A program made the position numbers and the translations under genes. Under the pieces are notes generated by a model. That model worked only from the letters and a program-made list of their open reading frames with translations. It had not been told where the DNA came from and did not search any database. Below, piece after piece: positions 12,001 through 22,708 of a stretch of DNA of 64,000 nt. Origin of the DNA: Camelus dromedarius (Eukaryota). The DNA is taken from contig NC_087462.1 in the NCBI RefSeq assembly GCF_036321535.1, positions 9,610,001 through 9,674,000 on the forward strand, read 5' to 3'. Every line of letters begins with the position of its first letter. Position 1 is the first letter of the stretch.

Positions 12001-15000
12001 TGGTTTCACGAGGGAAACACGGGAAGGCCTGAGAGCTATGCCTGACAACAGGACAGCATGCCATGTACCCCAGACCATGCCCTTCGAGATTCACAAACAG
12101 CAGCTGTCAGGCAGAAAGGAGAGGAGCCCAGTGTGGCCCCCACACTACCTGGGAAGTGAGGTGGTGGGGACAGATTTGCTTCCAGTCTCTTCCAGTACTT
12201 CTTTGGTCCTTTTTTTCTTATGTGGTCATATGAAACCTGAACCAGACGGCCTCTCCATCCAGGCTGAGTCCGTCCTGTCCCACTACACCCTCCCCACCCC
12301 GGACTGACCATTCCTGGTTGAGTCCCACTCCTGGCTGGGTCCTCCTGGGTACTGACCACTCCAGGCTGAGTCTTCCCCAGTACTGACTACTCAGGCTGGC
12401 CCTGACCACTGAGCAGGTGTGCCTGGGTCCCAGCACACTTCCAGAGCCCTTGGGGCCAGCTGCCTGCAGCCCCTGGGACAAATCTCCCAGCCTCCCAGCA
12501 CCTTGTACTGTGTGAGGTGGGGCAAGCCCCACCCTGCAGGGCTCCTGAGGGGTCAGTTCACTGTGATCCATGGTACTGTGCTTCCTCCTTCAAACAAGGA
12601 GGCTTGTTATTAAGAGAGGGACTCAGGCGCAGAGAGGTGGAGTGAACTGCACGAGGTCACACAGTGAGTGAGCTGGGGCTGCAGTGGGAGCCACCGCCTT
12701 GTCCGTAGCCCTGCCTGGTCTCTGGGTCTCTTGGCTCAGCCATCAAGCCCCAGTCTTTGGCCAGCACATCCCTAGGCGCCAGGCCCCCCACGCGGGCCCT
12801 CCCCGGGGCAGTAGCTGAGTCGCCTTCTCCACAGGTGCGTAGAGATGCTCATCAAAGAACAGATGAGGAAGTACAAGGTGAAGATGGAGGAGATCAACCA
12901 GCTGGAGGCTGCTGAGAGCATCGCCTTCCGAAGGCTCTCTCTCCTGCGACAAAACGCTGTGAGCAACGCAGGGCGGGGCATCGGTGGGAGTGGCCAGTGG
13001 GCGGGGCTTGGGTGTTGGGCGTGGTCTCGCTTCTCCGCCCAGTGCATACTCCCAGCACACGCTTGGCCACAGGCAGCCTGAACTGGGGCCGATTCCTCAC
13101 CTTGGGCAAATGACCACCGTCCTAGTTCGCCTGAGGCCAGCTGCCCCTCTCAGGAGTGGGGGGTCTGTCACCCACTTGGTGGTGGTTCTGGCCATCCTCC
13201 AGCCACGTCCCTTGCTGACTTGGGTCCCGCCCACAAGGAAATGTTCCCACACCAGAAGAGGCCTCACACTTGGGGGTGGAGGCATAAGGAGCCAGTCCTG
13301 GGCTCCTGTAGGAGGACCCTGTCCTTGTCCCTGCAATCAGATGTGGCTCTGTGCCCATGACTAGTGCCTATGTCCTGGTCATGGCCCTGTGGTCACCCTC
13401 TCTTCATCTCTCCCCCAGCCATGGCCTCTCAAACTGGGGTTTTCGTCTCCCTATGAGGGGGTCCTGGTATGTACATGTATGGGGGTCTTCCTCACATGTC
13501 TCCCAGTGCAGTGCATGCTGAGGTTCCCCTCAGGCCCCCTAGGGTCCTTGTAGGATAGACCAAGCATGTCCTAACCTTCCGGAAGTGCATGCTGGGGGAG
13601 GCCCGTTGCCTGCTGACTGCCTGTGCTGAGAATGACTAATCAGCCAAGTGCCAGCCACCCGGTCCCTGCATGATCCCCGGAGAGCCTCACTAAGCCTAGC
13701 TGTCCACGTCAGAACTAACCTTCCCAGAGCTGCTCCGACCACCCTCTCTTCCTGTGAGCACCGACCCACACCCACCAGAGGGGCTGGCCAGACCTGCCGC
13801 TTCTCTTTGCAGATCAAGAGCCCTAAGACCCGAGGGAGCAGCAGTGGTGGCCTGGAGGAGCTGGGGGTGCTGCCGGAGGAGGAAGTGGCTGGTGGTGATG
13901 AGGATCGGGAGAAGGAGATCCTCATCGAGCGGATCCAATCCATCAAGGAGGAGAAGCAAGTGTCTCTCTGACCCCTTGCCACCCTTGGCCGCCGTGTCTG
14001 GCCCTTCCACTATTGGGTATCTGGCTGTTAGGAGGCTGACAGACTAGACTCAGTCCCATGGTCCAGTGCCCACCTCATGGGGTGCTGCTGTCCTAAAACA
14101 CAGCCTAGGGCTCTGTTTAAAACCCCTGCTTGACCACAGGGAACCATGGTGGCCCATAGGGAGAGAAGGGCAATGGAGAGGTGATGCCTGAACTTTGTCT
14201 TAAAGTTGGCCTTAGATAGGGCAACCCCCTACTTTGTTGTCTGGTCAAGATGGAAGTATGAAGGAAGATGCTGTTAAAAAATTATGCCAGGAGAACAGGT
14301 GTAATTCGGGCCACCTGGGCATCCAAGTCTTAGGACTAGAGTAGGGTATTTCAGGCAGAGGGAGTGACATGTGCAAAGGTCGTGAGGCAAGAGCTCTTCA
14401 CTAGCTCAGTACTAGGCCAGGTGCCTGGCTTCCCTTGGCAGCCTGACACCTTCCTCACATGAGCTGAGGGCATTTGGGGCCCAGTGTGCTTTTGGGTTCA
14501 GGTTTGGGGTCCCATCCAGGACCAGGATGATCTACTCTGTCCCCTACTGGCCTGGCACTTTTCCATGGGGTGATCATTCATTATGGGAACAGCCTTGGAC
14601 ATTGTGACACCCCCCCCCCCATCCCCAGGGAGGACATCACATACCGGCTGCCAGAGCTGGACCCTCGGGGCTCCGATGAGGAGAATCTGGACTCAGAGAC
14701 ATCAGCCAGCACCGAGAGCCTGTTGGAAGATCGGGCCGGGCGGGGGGCCTCGGAAGGTCAGTATTAAGGTAGCGTCAGCTTTTTTCCTTCCCGTATCCAC
14801 ACCCAGAAGGCCCCAGGGCGAGGGTCCATCTGCTGGCCCTGAGGCTGCAGTAACCCTGCCATCTGTCTCTCAAAAGGGCCCCCCGCGCCTGCTCTCCCCT
14901 GCCCTGGCGCGCCCACCCCGAGCCCCCTCCCTGAGGCGGCCACCCCTCCTCGACGAAGGCCGTCGTCCTTCTTGACGGTCAGAGTGAAGACCCCCCGGCG

Positions 15001-15292
15001 GACCCCCATCATGCCCACGACCAACATCAAGCTCCCGCCCGGCCTGCCCTCCTATCTCCCTGGCCGGGTGCCGGGTGCCCAGGAAGCTGCTGCCCTAGTG
15101 AGGCGCCGAGAGCCGCCTGCCCGCCGCCCGGACCAGGTACACTCTGTGTATATCACACCCAGTGCTCACCTGCCCGCTCAGGGCACTCAGGAGCCTCTGG
15201 ACAAGGATGACCGGCCACCTGGGGCCAAGCGGAGGTACTCAGACCCCCCGACCTACTGCCTGCCCCCAGCCTCGGGCCAAGCCAATGGCTGA
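50..15292 (+). CDS. MYO9B: Unconventional myosin-IXb, 3' part (end of motor, IQ motifs, tail, C1 zinc finger, RhoGAP, Pro-rich C-terminus); gene begins upstream of the window
   Basis: Exons: 50-172,1182-1331,1416-1582,2293-3315,4022-4094,4268-4389,5924-6057,6307-6497,7881-7979,8096-8269,8373-8414,8623-8734,9585-9658,10169-10361,10487-10615,10858-10963,11241-11372,12835-12958,13419-13466,13813-13955,14629-14756,14877-15292 (TGA). Phases match at every junction. Peptides YQIGKTK|[11 protein letters not shown] motifs ([13 protein letters not shown]), C1 ([22 protein letters not shown]), RhoGAP ([28 protein letters not shown]) and the terminal PPASGQANG match MYO9B. Confidence 0.98.
500..1057 (+). 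mobile_element. LINE-1 3' end (L1MB-like) with poly(A) tail
   Basis: ccatgtgacctagcaattccac..gaaccttgaaaacattacgctgagtgaaagaagccagac..atgccactgaattgttcactttaaa, then an A run at 1042-1057. Confidence 0.85.
1182..1582 (+). other. MYO9B: MYO9B IQ-motif neck exons
   Basis: [35 protein letters not shown] and [11 protein letters not shown] fit IQxxxRGxxxR. Confidence 0.9.
2414..2530 (+). repeat. Coding tandem repeat 3 x 39 bp in MYO9B
   Basis: [13 protein letters not shown] / [13 protein letters not shown] / [13 protein letters not shown]. Confidence 0.95.
2597..2659 (+). repeat. Coding tandem repeat 3 x 21 bp in MYO9B
   Basis: PSPEKEA / PSSEKEV / PSPEKPL. Confidence 0.85.
4801..5509 (+). mobile_element. 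MaLR LTR (MLT1C/D-like), split by a nested LTR
   Basis: tcacagttctggaggccag..gatcaagg, ttataaagacacttgtcattggacttagagccc, resumes after 5403 with atctccaaagacccttttcccaaataag and ends cccactaca. Confidence 0.75.
5096..5403 (+). mobile_element. Nested MaLR LTR (MLT1A/B-like), N gap 5185-5339
   Basis: TGTCTTAGTCCATTCAAGCTGCTGTAACA start; cacattcagtccgtagCA end. Confidence 0.75.
5593..5682 (+). mobile_element. tRNA-derived SINE (camelid Vic-1-like)
   Basis: gggtatagcttagtggtagagcacatgctcgatgtgcatgaagtcctgggttcaatccccag; Pol III A box and B box present. Confidence 0.8.
6931..7075 (-). mobile_element. tRNA-derived SINE (camelid Vic-1-like) with A-rich tail
   Basis: Minus strand reads gtgtagctcagtggtagagtgtgtgcttagcatgcacgaggtcctgggttcaatcccc..cctccattcaaaaaaa. 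Confidence 0.85.
7603..7725 (+). mobile_element. MER20-like hAT DNA transposon remnant
   Basis: cagtggttctcaac..cccccaggggacacttggcaacatctgcagactttttgg..ggtgctgctcagcacc. Confidence 0.75.
8415..8490 (+). repeat. Imperfect (TG)n tract
   Basis: gtgagtatgtgtgcgcacatgtgtgtgcacac..gtgtgtgtgtgtgtgcacgtgcatgtg. Confidence 0.8.
10169..12958 (+). other. MYO9B: MYO9B RhoGAP-domain exons
   Basis: [35 protein letters not shown] (arginine finger), [35 protein letters not shown]. Confidence 0.93.
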
Positions 15293-16311
15293 GGGCCCAC
15301 AGCTGCTGGAGTCCACACGTCCAAGGATGGCCTGGTGCCAGAGCTAGGCACCAGCGCTCCAGAGTCAGCATTCAGTGGTCTGAGAAGGATCCGGAATGAA
15401 AAGCTCCAAGAGCGATGCGAGGTGGGCACTGGCTCCAAGTGAGTCCAGGCAGGGAAAGGCTGGCGGAAGCCCAGCCACCCTTGCTGAGCCCCCATGTCGC
15501 ACAGAGGCGCCCGCCCAGAGCACTGAATCATGGCGGGCAGCCTGGCATCTCCCAACTCCCCTTTTGTATGTTTTTACGGTAACTTTTTCTTTGTGCGTGG
15601 TTTACATAACGTTAAACTGTAACAGCCTTAACAGAAGACCAAATTGTTTTTTTATATGTGTACGTACAAACTTTTTATTAATGCCCTGCATCTCCTTTAT
15701 AACCTGGACATGAGTCTTCAGAGCAAAGCCCACACAGCCATCAAGCTTCATAAGCTCAGACCCACGCTGAGGGATAGCTTGGAGGGCAGTCTGAGGGCCA
15801 GGACTCTGCATGAATTGTTTGGACACTTGGGGCACCTTACTACCCCAAGTCTGTCTTGGACTCGTACTCTGGTCCAGCCAGTGGCCACCTGGCCAATGTG
15901 CATTCAAGGGAGCAGTGGAGCCTTCCGTGATGATGACTGTTGGCTGGAGCCAGGACCTGAGGTGGTAGGCAGCCTCCGTCCAGGTACCATAGACCTCACA
16001 TCCTAGGGAGACTCGACTCGAATCGAATGTGGCCATCACTCCTCTGTCTACTGTGACCTGGACCCAGGAAGCCAGAGGAGGCCGCCCTTGGCACTGTCCG
16101 CCCAGTGTGGCAGAACAGGAGCCCGAAGTTCAGGACCACTCATGGGTGGGGAGGGCAAGGCCTGGGGTTGTACGTCCCTACAAGTCAACAATGACAGCCT
16201 AGGCCTCTGGCATCTCTGGAGTGGGGCTCCCCTCTGAGGCTCAGCCCACTCTCCAGACACCTGAACACATGGCCACAGGTCTGGGACCAGAGGCACCCAG
16301 AGGCCACATGA

Positions 16312-16317
16312 AATAAA
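16312..16317 (+). terminator. Candidate MYO9B poly(A) signal AATAAA
   Basis: First canonical AATAAA I found after the stop, about 1 kb downstream. Cleavage site not verifiable. Confidence 0.55.
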
Positions 16318-17559
16318 GAAAAAGTGCCTGAGAGGTGTCTGCCTGCAGTTCCTACTCAGATCGGCTCTGGGTGGGAATAGCGGGTGGGGGTCAGCCCCAT
16401 CATGGCCTCAGCCAAGCGGGGTGCAGGCAGGGGATTGGGTTCCTTGCCTAGGAGGACCTCCCTTGTTCCTCCAGCAGACTTTGCTGTTGGAATTTCACAC
16501 ATACTCTTCACACACGGGAGGTGGGCTTTGCTATAAGGGCTTGTTTATTGATCCTGGGAGCTGCCTCCTGTCACACCTAGCCTCTCCCCAGCAGGGGCTT
16601 AAATGTCAGCTGATGAAGCCATCTGCGGGGAAGAGGGGTGGGTAGTCAGTTCCTGGTGGACCTACTAGAATCAGAACCACTACTACCACCACCCCCAGCA
16701 GAGGAGCTCCCAGGTTGCAGTCAGATGGGCAGTTGTGGGAACTGGCTGGCAGGTGGAGCCCTTGGGGGCAGGAGAGTTGGAGACTCCAAAAAAACCTGAG
16801 TTTAGATGGCACATGCTGAGGAGTTGGCAGGCTTGTCCAAGGCCACACAGCTGGGATGGGGCAGGGCTGGGATTCAGACCCTGCCCTATCTTGGCCTCTA
16901 GAGTCCCCCTTTATCAATACTCTTGAGTTTAGTCTCCTCCGTGGTACTTTACGGGTACCAGGCCCACCAGTGTGATCCTGACACACAGATGGGAAGATGG
17001 TTGAGGGCTGCATGCTAGACTTCAGTCTCTGTGAAATCCCCGTCCTCACCCTGTCCACTCCAGGACGGGGGGCTCGTACAAGGGGCCTTGGCTTCCTGGG
17101 GACCCACGTGGGGTTCTGTCCACAGGGTCCTGGGCATTAGGGGTGACCCGGCCCCACCTCTTGCTCCCAGGGCTAGCCCGTGTCACTGCCACACTGCCTG
17201 TTTCCCAAGGGAGGAAACAGACCCAGAAAATGTTAAACTCGCCTAAGTCCACAGTGGGAGGTGGAGTCAGTCAAGGCTGGGAGCGGAAATCATAGTTGCA
17301 GAAGTTTGCAGTGGCTTCTAAGTCTTAGATTCCGAAGTCCCAAATCAGGGCCTCTCCTCCGGGAGAATCCAGGGAAGAGTGCCTGGATACGTAAGAGTTC
17401 GGTGTGGGAAGAACCCAGGCTGGACCGGGGAGAATTTTGAGCAGGGGGAAAGTAATAAGCATGTCCTGCGTTGCACGTGGGCCTGACACCGAAGGACTCG
17501 GTCCTTTCAATCCGGAAGATGTTCGTGAGGATGAGCGAGCGACTCAGCCCTGAGTAAAT

Positions 17560-17730
17560 AAGGACGGAATGGCGCCTCTCTTTAAAACAAGACATTACTT
17601 CCGCCGCCCCAAACAAGGATGGAACAGCAAACGAGCAGTGCACTTCCGCCCGGAAGGAGGCCAACAGAAGGCACTTCCGCCACCTCTTAAGATGGCGCCG
17701 GCGGAAGGGGCGGAGTACCTCTGGGTGGTG
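17560..17730 (+). promoter_or_regulatory. USE1 CpG-island promoter with ETS/GABP sites and YY1-type motif
   Basis: ACTTCCG at 17597, 17642 and 17673; CGGAAG at 17651 and 17702; AAGATGGCG at 17689-17697; CpG-rich. Confidence 0.75.
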
Positions 17731-20527
17731 ATGGCAGCGTCGCGGTTGGAGCTGAACCTGGTGCGGCTGCTGTGCCGGTGCGAGGCGATGGCAGCGGAGA
17801 GGCGGGACCCGGACGAGTGGCGTCTGGAAAAGGTGAGGGAAGCCCGCCCTTCCGCGTAGAGCCGGCATCCCGGACGGCGATGCCCGAATCTAGCCGCCAT
17901 CAGGCCCTACTCCCCACGGCTTACCACCGTGGCCACGCCCCTTCCGGTTAGCTCAACCACGTCCACCTGACGCTCCCCCGCCTCCTCCTTGGGGCTCAGC
18001 TGGTCCCGCCTCCTTGACACTTGACTCCTCCCATTTCCAGCCCTGTCCTAGTCATGGCCCCGCCCCTTGTTGGCTCTGACCTATCTGAGTGGGACCGGCG
18101 TGGGAAGGGTGTGGACTAGGGTAACACCCCACTTTTCATCCCCAGTACGTGGGAGCCCTCGAGGATATGTTGCAGGCCCTGAAAGCCCAGGCGAGGTGAG
18201 TGCCAGCGGCCACAGGTGGTTCAAATCTGGGGCAGAGAAGTAGAGTCCAGGCAGCCAGCATCCCTTGGGGTATCCCTGGTCTCCGTTCCCTGCTAAGACC
18301 CTTCCCTGAACTGGGGACAGTGGGCAGGTTTTCCTTTTCCTCTTCTCCCCTTCCAGCAAACCGGCCTCAGAGGTGATCAATGAATATTCTCGCAAGGTAG
18401 ATTTTCTGAAGGGGATGTTGCAGGCAGAGAAGCTGGTAAGCAGGGGCACCTCTGCCTCCTCAGCCTTCATCAGGCTCACCTGGGATCTGACCCTCAGGTG
18501 ACCCCTCTACCCTCCTTTGCAGACCTCCTCCTCAGAGAAGGCACTAGCCAACCAGTTCCTGGCCCCTGGCCGTGTGCCAACCACAGCCAAGGAGCGGGTG
18601 CCTGCCACAAAGACATTGCATCTACAGTCACGGGCACGGTACACCAGTGAGATGCGGAGTGAGCTGCTAGGCACGGTAGGGCTCCCTCCCTGGTCCCTGG
18701 GATGCTTCGATCAGGGACAGGCACTCAGAGCCTGGGGTAGTTAGAACAACAAATTCTGTCAGGTGCAGGGATCCTATGGGGCCCAACAGCCTCTTCCCTG
18801 GACCATCTTACAAGGCTTCCCAACAGAGAGGACTTGTGGCCAAGGCTTTGCTAGATAAATAAGAGCTTGGTATGGGACAAAAATGTCACATCTCCAGTTA
18901 AGCTCCAGAGCTGACCTAGAGCAAAGTTTGGCTCCTGCCTTGTCACATGTAGATTTTCATCGGTAAAAACAGGATGACAAATACCTTTATCAGCACTTTA
19001 TGTGGCTCAGCTAAATCCTTCAAAATGTGAGCTGTTGTTAGCAGTTTATAGATTAGGAAACTGAGTCCCAGAGATCACGAGACTTGCCCAGGGCCCTGAC
19101 TGAGGATGGGGAGTTTCTGAGAGCAGAAAGGACAGGTCTGGGGGCATGGCAAGGTAGGTGACTTCGTGCTTCTCCCTTTTTTCCCACAGGACTCTACTGG
19201 AGGTGAGTCAGCCTGAGCCAAACAGGACTCCAGGCCCGGTACAGACATGTGTCCTTTTAGCCCCACCTCCCTCATGCCTAACCTAACTCCCCCAGGGTCT
19301 TCCACAGCCCAAGGAAGAGTGTCCCAGGGGCATTACCGAGTTAGGCCTGGGCGGGGGTGGGGGGTTGTGCCAGGACAGAGGAGGGTTCCCCCAGAGGAAA
19401 CCAAGCTGGACACTCCCAGCCCAAGGGGCCAAGTCTGGCTAGAGGGAAGGACCTGGGGCCTAGGGGTGCCCAGATGAGGAACATTTCCTAGAAAAGAATG
19501 CTTTGAAGTATGATCAGGAGCCCACCGGGCAGCAGACAAGATGGGAAACGGCATTCTGAGTAACAGACACATCACAGGCAATAGTCAGGAAGCTGGAAAA
19601 CAGCAAACGCAACTCTCTCCTTCTTCCTGCTTGGCCTGTTTTGCTTCCAGAGCCTGAACTGGACGTGAGGAAGAGAACGTGAGTATCTTCAGGCTGGGGC
19701 AGCATTAGAGAGCAGGGGGCTAGACAAATCTTGGGCCACTGAGGTGCCACCACAAGCATCTAAACCACCAATCAAAAGCCATTTCTGAGGATGTGCTTCC
19801 CAGAAGCCAAAGCAAAAAAGGGGAAATAGCCCCAAACAGGGCAGTGGCTGGAACCATAACCTCTGGTTTCCTGGAGAACATGTCAGTCTCTTCCTTCCTC
19901 CTCCCCATCTCATACCCTGCTGTCCACCCATCTGTGGGGTCAGTGGGGTGGCAGGGCCCAGGCCAGGGGATGAGAAGCAGTCAGCAGCCGAGCTAGACCT
20001 CGTCCTGCAGCGACACCAGAACCTCCAGGAGAAGCTGGCGGAGGAGATGCTAGGCCTGGCCCGGAGCCTCAAGACCAACACACTGGCTGCCCAGAGTGTC
20101 ATCAAGAAGGACAACCAGGTATGAGGACTATGGGAACACTAAAGCCTCTGCCCTGGGGCATCAGAGAAGGCTTCCCAGCAGAAGGGCATTATGGCTGGCG
20201 CTTAGCAAGATGAGTAGGAGTCTGGTAGAAGGCAAAAATGGCATTCCCAGCAAGGGCCAAGAGGTGTAGATTTGCCCCCAGGGCAGTAGGGAGAAGCCAC
20301 ACTTGGACCTGGTCCTATTGACACTCTCCCCACCTCACCCATAGACCCTGTCACACTCACTCAAGATGGCTGACCAGAACCTGGAGAAGCTGAAGACAGA
20401 ATCTGAGAGGTTGGAGCAACATACACAGAAGTCAGTCAACTGGCTGCTCTGGGCCATGCTTATTATTGTCTGCTTCATATTCATCAGCATGATCCTCTTC
20501 ATCCGTATCATGCCCAAACTCAAATAA
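17731..20527 (+). CDS. USE1: Vesicle transport t-SNARE USE1 (p31), 260 aa, tail-anchored
   Basis: Exons 17731-17832,18146-18195,18357-18435,18523-18675,19190-19202,19651-19678,19944-20118,20345-20527 = 783 nt. [14 protein letters not shown]..., SNARE coil ([19 protein letters not shown]), C-terminal [30 protein letters not shown]. Confidence 0.97.
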
Positions 20528-20528
20528 A
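20523..20528 (+). terminator. AATAAA overlapping the USE1 stop codon
   Basis: CTC AAA TAA AGA: TAA at 20525-20527 lies inside AATAAA. Confidence 0.7.
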
Positions 20529-21479
20529 GACCTGGCCTGATCCATCTCACCTGTCCCCTCTCTGCCCTCCACCCTGTCTGGGGGTACCCTTTGGAGTGGG
20601 CAACAAGATGGAAAGGCCCTTGGAGCCCCTGGAGAGCCACAGAGAGTACATGAGCAAGGGAGGAAGGAGGTCAGCCTGAGGAGGCAGAGAGTGGGCAGGG
20701 GTAGGGGCAGTAAGTCAGCAAACCTGTCTCCCATTCCCCCGATACCCACCCCACACTGGACAAGGCAGGGCTCCTAGAGGCCGTAGGAGCTCCTAAAGTG
20801 ATACAGTCACAGCCAAACACATTACTGTGGAGCCAGGGTAAGGCCTGGAGGGTGGAGGAGGAGGAGGGCCAGGCCTGGAGGTCAGCCTGGAGGAAGGGTG
20901 TCATTGGTGGGCCTTTCTTGAGACTGAAGGTGATAATTCAGGGACAGGACTTAGCCTAGCCACCACCACAGCCTAAGACCTCAGGACATTGTAGATGCTT
21001 CATACAGTCATTCAGCAAACACATGAGAATCATGGAGACCCTTCCCTGCCCACATCATAGTCTGATCATTTCAGGTAAGAACTGGGTTGGCATTGGAGTT
21101 GGGACCCTGGAAGTGATCATGGAGTAGGAGTCCAAGGGGATTGTAGGTCCTGAGTTCTGCTTGCCCCCACTCCCAGAACTGTGGGACATGCATAGAGTTG
21201 CCCACGTGGACTGCACCACCCCCCCATCAGTATGGGTGTGAAACACCAGGTAGAGCTTTTTAAAACTCCAGTGGCAGCTTTTAAAACCTTTTGAAAATCT
21301 AGTGGCAACTTTTAAAATATAGATCATAAGGAGGCTCATCATGCTTGTGACTCAGGGATGGCTGAGTATTAGGAAGCCTTTTAATAGCCACATTAATGCA
21401 GCAGGAAACAAAATCATAGGGTTAAACGGTACCTTGTACTGTTCACAGCATCAGTTACTCATAGCCTCTTAATTAGAAA

Positions 21480-22430
21480 TAAGTAATTGATGGATATTTT
21501 CCTCACTTAACTGAAAAAAATCCCAAGCCAAAGGCAATATTGAGTTTAATAGGCAAATAATGGAAGCTCTACCATCAAAGTGAAGAAAGTGAGGTGGGGT
21601 GGATGCCCATAGTACACCCACCTCCTCCAATAACTTAATATTGTCCGGAGGTGCTAGTCAACACAACTAGACAAGAAAAAGAAATGAGACTGAAAGGTGA
21701 GAAAAAAGGTAAAATTACTTTTAGACGATACAACTGTCTGTATAAAAGACCCAAGGAATGTAACTAAAAAGCTATTTCAATTAGAGAATTTAGTAAACCA
21801 GCAAGGGACTTAATGAATATTAGTTTCCTATGTGCCAAAAACAAAAAGCTGCAAAATATATTAGAAGATCCCATTTATGACAGTAACAGAAAACATAACT
21901 GCCTGGTTAAACTAACATCCTTGATATATGGAAAGCTCCTAAAAATCAACAAGAAAAAAGAATATTTGCAGGAAATAAACAGGAAAAGAAATACAAATGG
22001 TTTCTGAATTTTTTCACTTACCAGATTAGGCAAGATTTAAAACTTTGAAAATACACTTTCAAGAAACGATACATTGAGGTTGCAAAGGTTGTGGGGAAAC
22101 CAGCTAATTAGAGCATCAGTGGCACAACCTCACTGAAGGACAGCCTGGCAGAATCTTTTCCAAATTAAAATACACAGATCCCTTTGCCCGGGCAATTCTG
22201 GGCAATTACACTTATAGGGATTTATCCTACCATAATCCTCCACAATTGGCCAATGCGCACTTGAATGTTCTTTCTCTAGTATTGTCTGTAGTGAGGAAAC
22301 TGTCACTGAAGTAGAATATCTCCGGAAGGAGACACAATTAAGCTGTCTCTTGGGGACAAGGGTGAGTGAGAAATTCACTTTGCCCTAAAACTCTTTTCTA
22401 TTTGGATTCTCTAAACATGCCTCCAGTGAT
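21480..22430 (+). mobile_element. Old LINE-1 (L1ME-like) fragments between USE1 and OCEL1
   Basis: AT-rich, with L1 ORF2/3'-like phrases (cttaatattgtccggaggtgctag, ccagattaggcaagatttaaaactttgaaaatac, gcacaacctcactgaaggacagcctggcag). Confidence 0.65.
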
Positions 22431-22559
22431 TAAAGAAATATTTCAAAAATATAACCGACGAGAAAATGGATACATGCAAGTTCTCCAAAACCACTAGTTT
22501 TTCAGACAAACTGAGGGTCAGAGAGGGTAAGTCAGCGGCCCCAAATACAGCCCAGGCAG

Positions 22560-22708
22560 CGGTCCCTGCTGGACTCTGCGCTTCAAGGGTGTGGGTCCAC
22601 TTCCGGTTCGCCAGGCCCCGCCCCCTCACCGTCAACCCCGCCCCATACCGCCAGGCCCTGCCGGCGCCCTGCGGAGCGACCCAGCCAGTAGATTCCAGCC
22701 TGTAGTTA
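22560..22708 (+). promoter_or_regulatory. OCEL1 CpG promoter
   Basis: CACTTCCGG (ETS) and CCCCGCCCC GC boxes at about 22598-22645, directly upstream of the ATG at 22709. Confidence 0.65.
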
